This document shows, piece by piece, positions 41,974 to 52,293 of a stretch of 64,000 bases of DNA (its first letter is position 1; each line of letters opens with the position of its first letter). The notes beneath the pieces are model-generated. The model made no database searches. It was not told where the DNA came from and saw only the letters and a program-made list of their open reading frames with translations. The stretch is from Nitrosopumilus sp. (GTDB lineage: Archaea > Thermoproteota > Nitrososphaeria > Nitrososphaerales > Nitrosopumilaceae): NCBI GenBank assembly GCA_965224195.1, contig OZ245040.1:1504001-1568000 (forward strand). Reading direction: 5' to 3'. Made by a program: the position numbers and the translations under genes.

Positions 41974-42460
41974 GGTTCTGTTGCGTTAGTGGGTGTTAAG
42001 TAAAAATCTTATTCGTGTTGCGTGTCGGGTGTTTTTGAGGCGTTTTGAATTATGGTCAACCATTTGTTGTTTCCTTTAATGTCAATGCCTGCCCTCAAAG
42101 CTGGCGTATTACTATACAAGCTCATGTGAGGTCTAATGTAATTGTGATATAGCTTGATTCCTGTTAAAGCTGGACTGTCGTCTTTTTTCAAACCACGAAA
42201 TACTTTCTCACGATCCCGAAACTCACCGTTCAATCTTTCCTGTATGTTGTTGTTGGCTAATTGATTCTTAAAGTGAACATCTTTGACGTGCTTGCTTGGC
42301 TTGTGTAGGAAATTCTTTGGTGCAAACTCCTTTTTGAATGCGTCATTATACGCTGGCAATCCATCAGTTACAAATGTAGAGGGAACTTTCTTTGCAACTT
42401 TCTTACCCATCTTTAGAAGACTTTGAGCGTCATGCTTGAACTTACTATCTACCACTTCCT
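41974..42460 (-). mobile_element. Second IS6 element (3' half) abutting and cutting the first
   Basis: GGTTCTGTTGCG at 41974; VTDGLPAY...NNNIQERLNGEFRDRE...HNYIRPH. Confidence 0.9.
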
Positions 42461-42641
42461 GAATTGAAACATGGTGATGAATTTGAGAAAAGAGTCAAGC
42501 ATCTAAAACATGATATGCAAGAAAAATACTTTGATCGTGCTGAATTTGTTAAAATGGGGCAACAAAAAATGAATGAATCCCTATTTCGTGATTTTATTAA
42601 ATTCACAAACAAGATAAACACCAAATAATCACGCTTCTACT

Positions 42642-43090
42642 ATGATACATGATTTTATTTTTAACATGACTCATCTACTTGATATATTTGCATTAGCTGC
42701 AAACATAACACTCATAGTTACAGTCTACATATTATTCTCTCAATCCAGAAAGAAAAACAAAATTGCATCCATCCAATTATGTCGAGATTTGTTAAATCTC
42801 ACAGGTAAAGGTAATAAACTAAAAGAGACAAACAATTTCATAGTAAATAATGATTAGACAATTGCAAAAAAATTGATATTGAAAACTTTCTAAACGAATA
42901 TGATGATATTGCATTTTATTGGTCTGATGGTATTGTACATATAAAACACATAAAAGAAATGCATGGAGCTATTCTCTCAAAAATCAAAACTGATAAACTA
43001 ATCCAAAATATCATAAAAGAAAAAAGAAAAGAAGATGAGTTTTATTTCTCCAATTTGGTAAAATTATTGAAAAAGATTAAAACTATCTAG
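42642..43090 (+). pseudogene. Frameshifted membrane-anchored hypothetical gene
   Basis: TM-bearing 71-aa ORF continuing in another frame (IDIENFLNEYDDIAFYW...). Confidence 0.5.
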
Positions 43091-43503
43091 TACCTGTTCT
43101 GCCACCTGTGAGATATTTCTCAAACATGACGGTAAGTTTTGCCCCTGTTGCAAAACTCAGCTAAGAACAAAACCAAAATCTAAATTGGGTAAACAAAAAT
43201 GGACTGAAAGACACGGACTGCCATTCCTCTAATGTAAGAACCGTAATTGGAAAGAACGGATTGCCTTTATGTACTAGTAAAATGTTAAGGAAGGATGAGA
43301 AATAATGTACCCAACGCTGAAATAATGCTTTAATATGGTAATTATGATTTAAAACATATGGATTCATTACAGAGTTTTGTACATAATGTAGTAAGAGATG
43401 ATAATTCAGATACAAAAGGACTTCAAGATCTTATGAAGATATTAAATGATCTTGATAGTGAAGAGAAACCATTATACATTCGTCGTAAAGTGACATCTAA
43501 CAG

Positions 43504-44400
43504 ATGAAGGATATTATAACTGACGGAATTTTTACTAATATTTTAAATCAAAACAATCATGATTATAGACAAAAGCTGATAAAACTAATCGAGGATAATC
43601 TTGGTGGCAGGATCATATGTTATATTGAAAACCCAGAACATCCATTTGCATTTATCAATATGGATGATGCAATTGCATTTGAGGATATGTTGCGTTCTAC
43701 TGGAAAATCTAAAAAAGGATTTTTAATCTTAAATTCTTCTGGCGGTGATGGAAATGCGGCTGAAAAACTACTGTCTATGTGTAGAGAAAGATTTACAGAT
43801 GGTTTTACGATAATTGTTCCAAACTTTGCAAAAAGTGCTGCAACTATGATGTGTCTTGGAGCTGATAAGATTATGATGGGTTATCTTGCAGAGCTTGGCC
43901 CTATTGATCCACAGATCTCTATTCCTAACGGAGTTCCCATACCTGCCCGTTCGTTCATTGATGGTTTGGAAATGGTTAGACAAAATGTGAAAGAGGGTGA
44001 TCCTCCCACCATGTATTTGTCTATGTTACAAAAAGTACGACCTGAGTTGATTTCTCTTTGTAATTCTGCAATTGAAGATGCAAAATGTTTTGCGACTGAT
44101 TGGCTTACCAAGTACATGTTAAAAGATAATCCGGCACACGCCAAAAAAGTTTCTGAATGGCTGTCTGATGGTAAAACATACAAATCTCATGGTAAAATGA
44201 TTAACTATAATGAATCTAAAAATATTTTAAAATTGAATGTTGATTTAATTGATTGTAATTCTGAGCTTTGGTATTGGATTTGGGAATTGTATGTGAGTTC
44301 TATTGTTTATATTCAAAGACAGGGTCCTCACATTGCCAAGCTTTTTGAGAGTTCGACGGTTTCTTTAACTTCATCTGTTGTTCTACCCACACCTAAATAG
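43504..44400 (+). CDS. ClpP-fold serine protease (SDH/SppA-like)
   Basis: LNSSGGDGNAAE, VPNFAKSAATM, ELGPIDPQ, KSHG. Confidence 0.9.
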   Translation: MKDIITDGIFTNILNQNNHDYRQKLIKLIEDNLGGRIICYIENPEHPFAFINMDDAIAFEDMLRSTGKSKKGFLILNSSGGDGNAAEKLLSMCRERFTDGFTIIVPNFAKSAATMMCLGADKIMMGYLAELGPIDPQISIPNGVPIPARSFIDGLEMVRQNVKEGDPPTMYLSMLQKVRPELISLCNSAIEDAKCFATDWLTKYMLKDNPAHAKKVSEWLSDGKTYKSHGKMINYNESKNILKLNVDLIDCNSELWYWIWELYVSSIVYIQRQGPHIAKLFESSTVSLTSSVVLPTPK

Positions 44401-44505
44401 GGCATTGTAAAGTTGATGGGGCTTTAGATCCTAATTTTCTCTTGTCAACTTTCGAGACCTACATTGTTACTTTTCGGTTGCTGTGAAAACAATCTAAATT
44501 TGGAA

Positions 44506-45566
44506 ATAAAATATGTATTTGCAATGATGGATGATGAAACCAGATTCTGGATTGCTCAAGAAGTTGGTGACAGAAAAGAAGGACATAACGCAGGAGGGTT
44601 ACTACAAAAGGCAAAACAAGTTACACAAACAAAACCTAAAGTGTTCATCACAGATGGTCTAGGATCATATCATGAAGCATACAAGAAAGAATTTTGGACA
44701 TTGAAAAGACGTAACAGAACATTACACATCAGACATATTCACTTGCAAGATGACATGAACAATAACAAGATGGAACGACTCAATGGAGAAATTAGAGATA
44801 GGGAAAAAGTAATGAGAGGAATAAAGAAAAAAGATTCAGTTACACTAACTGGTTATCAGTTGTTTCACAATTACATTCGACCACACAGTGCATTAGGTGG
44901 ATTGACACCTAGTGAAAAATGTGGTATGGAGATTCAAGGAGACAATAAATGGATTACATTAATTCAGAATGCTAGTAAGAAATGATTATTGATTATCTTG
45001 ACAATGAACAAAGAACAGGATTTTTCTATCTCTCATTGGATTAATTACAACTTCTACTCTTCCATCAATGATAAACAACATGTGTCCTGCACTTTTTTGA
45101 ACATGTGTACATTCAACAAATGCAGGATGTTTTTCAGGATGTTCAAATTCAACAATGTCTGTTTTGAATTTGGTTAGAAGATCTACGGAAGGATCAGAAA
45201 CATACTCAATATTTACAAAATATTGTGACCACGTAGGTGTTTTACATGTCCAAAAACGAGTCAATATGTAACAAAAACTACTGAGGGATTAAATATCTAC
45301 TTCTTGATCTTCCGTATGCGTCTCAAATTTCTTAGATGATTCTTGTGCTATTTTGAAATGACGTTCTTCCCAATGTCTTTTCTCGGATTTCATGTTATAA
45401 TGTAACATAATACATGTTATAAATTTTCGAAGTTTTACAACAATCACACACGATTATTAAGAAATTTACATAATCTTAATAATATTTGATATTTGGACGG
45501 TACCACTCAAATCTCCATCAACTGACTTTTTACGCCTATTTTATCAACCGCAGGCTTTACAGAACC
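44506..45566 (+). mobile_element. IS6 element 3' part: transposase fragment (to 44985), two passenger ORFs, TIR at 45560-45566
   Basis: KYVFAMMDDETR, ITDGL, NNKMERLNGEIRDRE; ctttaCAGAACC. Confidence 0.8.
44986..45264 (-). CDS. Hypothetical passenger protein
   Basis: 92-aa ORF, preceded by a 34-aa ORF at 45289..45393. Confidence 0.55.
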   Translation of the reverse strand: MTRFWTCKTPTWSQYFVNIEYVSDPSVDLLTKFKTDIVEFEHPEKHPAFVECTHVQKSAGHMLFIIDGRVEVVINPMRDRKILFFVHCQDNQ

Positions 45567-45642
45567 CAAAAATGACTAAAACTGATCCGTTTTTCGTATA
45601 AAATGGACCAAACGGTTATAACGTAATAATGTGAAAAGTACG

Positions 45643-45752
45643 GTATGCAACTTACTGTAACATATAACATTGAGAAAACTCTAAATATTCAGTTAGCCTA
45701 AATGCGTTAGACTAAGTATGCAACCTACTGTAACATATAACATTGAGAAAAC
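45643..45752. repeat. 37-bp direct repeat flanking a 36-bp insert
   Basis: gtatgcaac(t/c)tactgtaacatataacattgagaaaac at 45643-45679 and 45716-45752. Confidence 0.95.
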
Positions 45753-45939
45753 CACTAGTGGTTTTATTGGACAATGTGTTCAGTTTCCACAAATATTCAC
45801 AGAAGCAAAAACTGAAACTGCACTAAAAAAAGAAATGGATGTTGTTTTAGATGGTTATTTCAAAGCATGTCCACAAGCACACAAAATGATTAAGAAAAAT
45901 GTAGGACATGGAACGTACGAAATCAAGAAAAACGCATAA
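45718..45939 (+). CDS. HicB-like antitoxin
   Basis: IEKTTSGFIGQCVQFPQIFTEAKTETAL pattern. Confidence 0.7.
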   Translation: MQPTVTYNIEKTTSGFIGQCVQFPQIFTEAKTETALKKEMDVVLDGYFKACPQAHKMIKKNVGHGTYEIKKNA

Positions 45940-46153
45940 CTGGAATCAAATCCATTATGTGGTTACTACAATTTTAGGATATAGATCACTTTCAAAATAT
46001 CGAGATGCTTATGTTTACTATCAGCGTGCTGGTTCTTACATAATACCCGTAAAAAAATCCAATTCATTGTCTAAAGAATATACTCAAAAATTAATTCCAT
46101 TGTTTGGAATTTCATATACCGAATTTGTAGATTTGTATAAATCTCGTTCTTAA
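45908..46153 (+). CDS. HicA-like protein
   Basis: Overlaps the hicB-like gene; ILGY...IIPV...L...FGISYTEF. Confidence 0.55.
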   Translation: MERTKSRKTHNWNQIHYVVTTILGYRSLSKYRDAYVYYQRAGSYIIPVKKSNSLSKEYTQKLIPLFGISYTEFVDLYKSRS

Positions 46154-47140
46154 TCTTTACTAGTATTTTGAATTAACGTAATCAATTTATTATATTCTTT
46201 AATCTCCACTTCATATACACTAAACTCATATTATTTTTTCTTCCCTCTAAAGTGGGGGCAAAAAAACAATACTCGTTAATTTCGTCTAACTATGAGAATG
46301 ACAACAGATAATACCACACCACCACCAAGACCTGTTAAAACAATATTCCAGAAATTTTCAATCATGCAATAACTATCAAACTGTGCATATAACTTCTATG
46401 TAACAATCATTTTGATTTTGTTTAATTAATAATTATTAATTAATCAATTTTGTAATCGTTTGAATAATTTATCACATTCTTCTTGTGCTTTTCTACTTGG
46501 TTCATGCCAATACGGATTATGGTTAATCTCTTCTTTCTTGAAAGGGGGACTGGAACAACAGTCCAAGCGTTCAGTATTTGACACTGAAGCATATGCTGCC
46601 CAATCCAGGGCAAGGCATAAGCGCATATGAAACAGCAGACTGTCACAATTGAACTGTGACGGGTTTGCAAATAAATGCCGCATTACAATGATGTTCATAA
46701 TGAGAAAATAAATGACCTTGTAATGCGTTTCTGCATGCGGTGCAGAGTTTCAAAATTATACGGCATATATTTACGAGACTGTATCTGCTGCTATTTTTGC
46801 ATCTGTTGGTGGCAAAGACCTTGAGCTTGCAGGTGCTGTTGCATCTGTTATGAACATGCAGTATTCCAAATGTCAATCTCTGGCGTATCCGGATAGTTTT
46901 TCAGATTACAGGAATCTCACTATATGTTGTTTTTTAGACCGGTTCAGGTTTGCTGTTGATGATTGTGTTACAGCACGCCAGATGCATTCTGAAAATCCTG
47001 GCATGCCTGTAGTTGAGGACATCACCGCAAAATTTCTAGAAGTCATCAAGATTTCACTTATTTGTAGCTGGATGAAATTATTATCTTGAATTTTTTTTAA
47101 ACGTGAACAGTTTTATTAACTCTGAATTTAATTCAGTTTA

Positions 47141-47590
47141 ATGGAAGATCCACATCATTGCAAATGCTTTTCTATTAAAAGTATTCAAGAGTTTAAAGAT
47201 ATTCTTTTGGATTTAGGATTTAAAGATGGATTTCAAGAAAATCACGGACAGGTTTATGGCTACGCATTAAGAGTTGAAGATAAACTTTAACATCATATCA
47301 AAGTAATGCCTGATGGCAATATTGAATCAGAAATGGAACCGCCACCTGCATATCCTGCAGCACATCTAAATCAAGAGCATAGTTATCCTGCACATCAAGA
47401 AACAGAAAAAGTTTTACGCAAAGCAAAAATTTAATATGATATTATAAATCCAATACCAAACACATGCTTGAACAGAAAAATCAAAAAACCAGATAATCCA
47501 ACACATGCAGCTGGATTTGCCATTGGAGGAGCATTATTAGGCATAGCAGGCTATTTTTTGAAAAAATTATTCGATGATGATAAAAAATGA
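47141..47590 (+). pseudogene. 150-codon gene with two in-frame TAA codons and a C-terminal TM
   Basis: MEDPHHCKCF...EDKL*HHIKVMPDG...KAKI*YDII...FAIGGALLGIAGYFLKK. Confidence 0.75.
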
Positions 47591-47612
47591 TCATGCCAAT
47601 AATTTTACCATC

Positions 47613-48737
47613 ACCCTAACTGAACCACTCTGTCACCCGAATTTACCATCAGTTGAAAATCCGGCCTAGTTTTGACCAAAGTATCAGATAACATAACATT
47701 CAAAAAATGCGGGATGTCATTTGCGCGACATGTCTGCGCGTACTGTATGCTGCAAATAGCTCATTGCCTTTGCTTCCTCCAGTTTCATTGCATCAAGTAT
47801 CTCCGGGTTTTGCAGCTTGCCTGACGGCGAGGGCACAATCCATATGGTTGCAGGCTCTGCCAGATCAGGGGACGGCCTGTCATATATGCTGCCATACATA
47901 TCCTTTGCATGCTGCAATGCGCGGTCCCTCTCATGGGATATCATGCCGTCATAGTTTGAGTTTGCCCTCCTTGATCTCAATTTCAGCTCTAAAAGCTGGT
48001 GTATGCTCATCTAAACTCATGTGTGGTTTTATGTAATTGTGGCATAGTTTGATTCCTGTAATTGCTGGTGAATCATCTTTTTTCAAAACCTCGTTCTATA
48101 TCTAATTCATGTTGTGCGAATGCCCTGGTTGCATTATCATCCCAATCTACTTTGTTCATACTATATGTTGATTTTTAGGTTAATTATATTATTTGCGATC
48201 ATTTTACTAGAGAATAAAAAATATTTCACAATATTGGGAATTGATAGTAGTTTAAGGTTCAACTAATTTTTGAGATGAAATTTGGATTATGTAGTTTGCG
48301 ATCAAAATTATAAAGTTGATTATTGGAATTTAGTTTTAGATCGTCACATTTAATATCCAATTGGTAATATTTTCCATTTAGTTGGATCAGAATACAGGAA
48401 ATAACAGCATTCAAATTTATCGATATAAAAAAGAGATCCAGTTATCATATGATATCATTGAAGAGAAAATCAGCAGTGAAACAGAACACAAATATTCTTT
48501 AAAAATAAAAAAAGATGAAAAAACTAAGAGATATTCTTCTACTTTTGAGTTTAAAAAAAGAACTTCAATTAAAGAGAATGAAGACTTGTTATGGTATGGC
48601 GTTGATGCACAAAGAGAGACAGAGTCAGAAGTTCTAAGTTTACATCATAATGTGTGTTTTAGTAAAAAAGGATTTTTAATAATTACTGGAATGACTAATA
48701 GAAATACATTGTTAAAATATCTTGTAGATTTACTACA
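47613..48737. repeat. Second copy of 1121..2245; truncates the ORF at 48382
   Basis: Identity ends at ttactaca|ggggtgttctgcaatcc. Confidence 0.95.
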
Positions 48738-48865
48738 GGGGTGTTCTGCAATCCACACTTCTGATTCCCAAGAAATATGTTCAAAATATTTTTTGAAAAA
48801 AGATATTATAAAATTATTTAAGTTAATTATAAAGTTAAAAAATAATAAAAAAGTGAAAATAGACA

Positions 48866-49423
48866 TTGACTATACTTCCTAGAGAGTTTTATTCAAAAGA
48901 TACTGTTACTGTTGCAAAAAATCTTTTAGGGAAAAAAATAATTAGAAAGATAGGACATGATGAAATATCAGGAATTATTATTGAAACAGAAGCATATAGA
49001 CATAATGATGACCCAGCAAGTCATGCATTTAGAAAAATTACAGATAGAAATAAGATAATGTTTGGAGATGTAGGATTTGCCTATGTCTATTTCACATATG
49101 GAATGCATTTTTGTTTTAATGTTGTTGCAAAAGATGCTAAAAAAGCAGCTGGAGCAGTTCTTATTCGTGCAATTAAGCCTGAAAAAGGAATTAAAATAAT
49201 GCAAAAAAATCGAGGAATACAAAATTTAAAAAATCTTGTTAACGGACCTGCAAAACTAGCACAAGCCTTAGACATCACCAAAGAACATTATGGTATAGAT
49301 TTGACAAAAAAATCTAAACTATACATAACTGAAGGGATTAAATCAAAAAAAGTAACAGCATCAGAAAGAATAGGAATTACAAAGGCAATAGATAAGCTTT
49401 GGAATTTTAAAATTAAAATCTAA
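48866..49423 (+). CDS. 3-methyladenine DNA glycosylase (MPG)
   Basis: IIETEAY, AYVYFTYGMH, AVLIRA, NGPAKL, RIGI. Confidence 0.95.
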   Translation: MTILPREFYSKDTVTVAKNLLGKKIIRKIGHDEISGIIIETEAYRHNDDPASHAFRKITDRNKIMFGDVGFAYVYFTYGMHFCFNVVAKDAKKAAGAVLIRAIKPEKGIKIMQKNRGIQNLKNLVNGPAKLAQALDITKEHYGIDLTKKSKLYITEGIKSKKVTASERIGITKAIDKLWNFKIKI

Positions 49424-50052
49424 TCTTTGTTATTTTCATCCAAAGTCCAAGGGGCAAACTTTCCAAGGATTCTTGCCCAATCTAATCTTAGTAACAATAC
49501 AATAACTGCAGTCATCATTACTGCAAAAATAATAATTCCAATGTATATCGAAGTTGCGTCATCTACATTTTCAAGGAATGGTTCTACTAATGACAATCCC
49601 AAATAATGTGAAATAAATACAATAGAGTAACTTAGAACTATTTTTCCAGTAAGAGTTGCAATAAAGAATCGTTTTGGATTATATTTTGCCAATCCCAATG
49701 GAACGTACACTAAATCGTCAGGAATTGGAGTTGCTGCAGCAAAGAATGCAGCTGCTGCACCATATTTTTTAATTAATCTTTCAAATGGACGCATTCTCTT
49801 TTGAGTTTTTTCATTAATCATTCTTCTCCCTCTAGAACTAATATAGAAAATAATTTGTTTTGCGACAGTTGCAGTTATTGCAGATACCAATGCTAAAATA
49901 TGTAGATCGTACTGATTACCTACAGACATTGTAGCAAGAAGTAAGAATCCAGGTAATGGGACAAAAGGAACTAAAGAACCAAAGAAATTAACTAAAGCTA
50001 GAAGAGTATATCCAATGTCAGGTGCAAACGGAAAGATGTCAACAAAATCCAC
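49420..50052 (-). CDS. DedA/VTT family membrane protein
   Basis: AATPIPDDL...RFFIATLTGK. Confidence 0.85.
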   Translation of the reverse strand: MDFVDIFPFAPDIGYTLLALVNFFGSLVPFVPLPGFLLLATMSVGNQYDLHILALVSAITATVAKQIIFYISSRGRRMINEKTQKRMRPFERLIKKYGAAAAFFAAATPIPDDLVYVPLGLAKYNPKRFFIATLTGKIVLSYSIVFISHYLGLSLVEPFLENVDDATSIYIGIIIFAVMMTAVIVLLLRLDWARILGKFAPWTLDENNKD

Positions 50053-50217
50053 AAATCAGACTGTTTTCAGGCCGTATTTAATTAAATCTAGAATGGAAAC
50101 ACCTTGCAATTCATTAACTAATCGTTATTTGGAAAGAAATAGTCTAAAATGCACTAACTATAGGTAAATTATTAAACTAAAAAATTGTTAATTATTAATA
50201 TTTTAAAATCATCATAA

Positions 50218-50619
50218 ATGCCAAAAAAAGATGAATCATCAAAATTTGATTGGAAAAATATGGAATTGGTAGGACTAGGTCCTACAAAGTTTAGTAATCC
50301 TGAAGGAGCAGATGCAAGACGCCCAAGAATTGCAAATGCAATGTATCTTGGCCAATATCCAAAAAATTACGAAATGGCAATTTTTGTTGACGGAATGACC
50401 ATTTCTTCAACTTCTACAACATTTAATTCAAAGGTTCGAATTCATAAAATTCCAATCAATAAGCCAGAGCATATTTGCCTAATCTTAGAATTGGATGCAA
50501 ATACAATTCAGTTTACAGAATTAGATGATATTCTTAATTCATCCGAACTTAAATTATTATCAGAATGGATCAATAATGAGAATGTTCAACTATTAAAAAT
50601 TGCTAATGAGTATGAATAA
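50218..50619 (+). CDS. Hypothetical protein
   Basis: 133-aa ORF. Confidence 0.6.
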   Translation: MPKKDESSKFDWKNMELVGLGPTKFSNPEGADARRPRIANAMYLGQYPKNYEMAIFVDGMTISSTSTTFNSKVRIHKIPINKPEHICLILELDANTIQFTELDDILNSSELKLLSEWINNENVQLLKIANEYE

Positions 50620-51335
50620 TATAATAGACAATTTTATCATTTTATGTACGACATTATTGGAATCATTAAATCCATCTCCCCCTTAAATTCAAATCTTCAA
50701 AATAAAATTATTTCTCAAACTACAACAGCATTAACATTATTTCATAACAGAATTCAATGTGAAGTATATGCAGCATACCTATAAACAAATCATTTAATTG
50801 AGTTATTTCCAGACAATCAAGAGAATTTAACAGAACCAGATTTAAAAATTGATGGAGTTTATTCAGATATTAAAACAATACTAATTTTAAATCATAATAA
50901 AGAAAAACTATTAAAAAACTATCAAAATAGATTGAAAAAAATCTTAGATGATGAATTAGCTCATTCACAAGTTGGAGATAAAGGGACATTCTTTATTGGA
51001 GTTTGGTCTGGTTTTGTTGCATCAGTTATTTTTTCAGTAATAAACAAATTTCATTCAAACTCTGCTCTGCAAAAAATATCTATTTCAGAAACCATCCCAA
51101 AATTTGAGCCAAATAAGATTATCTTTGTTTTACCAACAGAGGTTGCTTTCAAAAATTGCTATATTACAATGGATAAAAATAGAATAATTTGAGTTTTAGA
51201 TTGGATAATTAAAAAAGGATTTCCAAAAATTCAAAAAATTGAACCCATGGCATACTTGGGGAAAATTGACATTCGTAAAGGATGTACTTTTGGGATAACA
51301 GGCTCTAATCCGATGGCGGTATTCAAACTTAATTA
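50612..51335 (+). pseudogene. Decayed gene, possibly PD-(D/E)XK-like
   Basis: Interrupted frame CEVYAAYL*...EPDLKIDGVYSDIK continuing into 50932..51192 and beyond. Confidence 0.45.
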
Positions 51336-51498
51336 AAACAAATTACCGTTAAAAATCCATAATATAAAAAATTCAGATTATTCCTAAAAATGAGCCAAAA
51401 TTGAACCCTGATAAGACATAATCATAAAAAGATAGATTATTTTTGCGAGAATATGTGATGACATGCATTAAAATATCATCTTTTTAGAACTCTATCAA

Positions 51499-51873
51499 TT
51501 GTCAAAAAAAGATTTTGAAACTATTTGTGATACAATTGCAACAATTAGTCCATTTATCAGATTTATAGGCGTAATTGGTGAAAGTGGGAATCTTTTAGCA
51601 TACAAACGAAGACCAGAATTGATTCCATTATTAAATGAAAAAAATACACAGTATCAATTTTCACATATTGCAATGAAGACAGATTTAGAGGGATTTTTTG
51701 ATAAAAATCTAGGAGAGATTGAATTTGTCTGGGAGGAAAGGAAGAAAGTACAAACAATCTCATTTGCAATTAAAAAATCAAGAGTTTGGATATCAATTGA
51801 TAAAAAAGTAATCAGATCAGAAGCATTAAGAATCATTGATTCATGTTTGCCGATTGTGAAAAAATATTCTTAA
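51499..51873 (+). CDS. Roadblock/longin-like hypothetical protein
   Basis: IRFIGVIGESGNLL...LGEIEFVWEERKKV. Confidence 0.65.
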   Translation: MSKKDFETICDTIATISPFIRFIGVIGESGNLLAYKRRPELIPLLNEKNTQYQFSHIAMKTDLEGFFDKNLGEIEFVWEERKKVQTISFAIKKSRVWISIDKKVIRSEALRIIDSCLPIVKKYS

Positions 51874-52075
51874 CACATGAAATGCCCATATTGTGAAATT
51901 GACCTGGATTTACTTAGTATGACTGATGGATTAAAACACATACTAGAACATAAAAAAGAAATACAAAATTAAAATATTTGAATAATTTTTAAAAAACAGG
52001 GATGAATCAGATGAGGTTCAAAATTTAATCGACGAGATCAATTTTAGAAAATCAAATTCTAAAAACTATGAAAAA

Positions 52076-52291
52076 ATGAAATCTATTGAAATCAGTAAAG
52101 AATTAAAAGAAATCATGAAATTTAAACAAGAATCATTTAAGAAAATTGAAGAGTTTGAAAAAACTCAAAAAACCCAGGATTTAGTTCAATACGCTAAAAT
52201 GATTAGTAGAAATACAACTGGAAGAGAAATTTCCCAACTACAAGAAATATACTTGAAAAAAATTGATGATGAATTTCTTAAGAAAAAATAA
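52076..52291 (+). CDS. Hypothetical protein
   Basis: 71-aa ORF. Confidence 0.45.
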   Translation: MKSIEISKELKEIMKFKQESFKKIEEFEKTQKTQDLVQYAKMISRNTTGREISQLQEIYLKKIDDEFLKKK

Positions 52292-52293
52292 AT

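Noticed and set aside
43094-43105. tgttctgcc as an IS6 end
   Set aside because: Reads as coding sequence of a Zn-finger gene fragment (CSATCEIF...CPCC)
37050-45752. The three repeat-insert-repeat loci as remnants of one canonical CRISPR array, or as IS/casposon TSDs
   Set aside because: Repeats are mutually unrelated host gene sequence without hairpins; inserts have no TIRs and the duplications are longer than typical IS or casposon TSDs
46440-47089. Cluster of short overlapping ORFs
   Set aside because: No recognisable motif; probably decayed mobile DNA, and no frame could be supported
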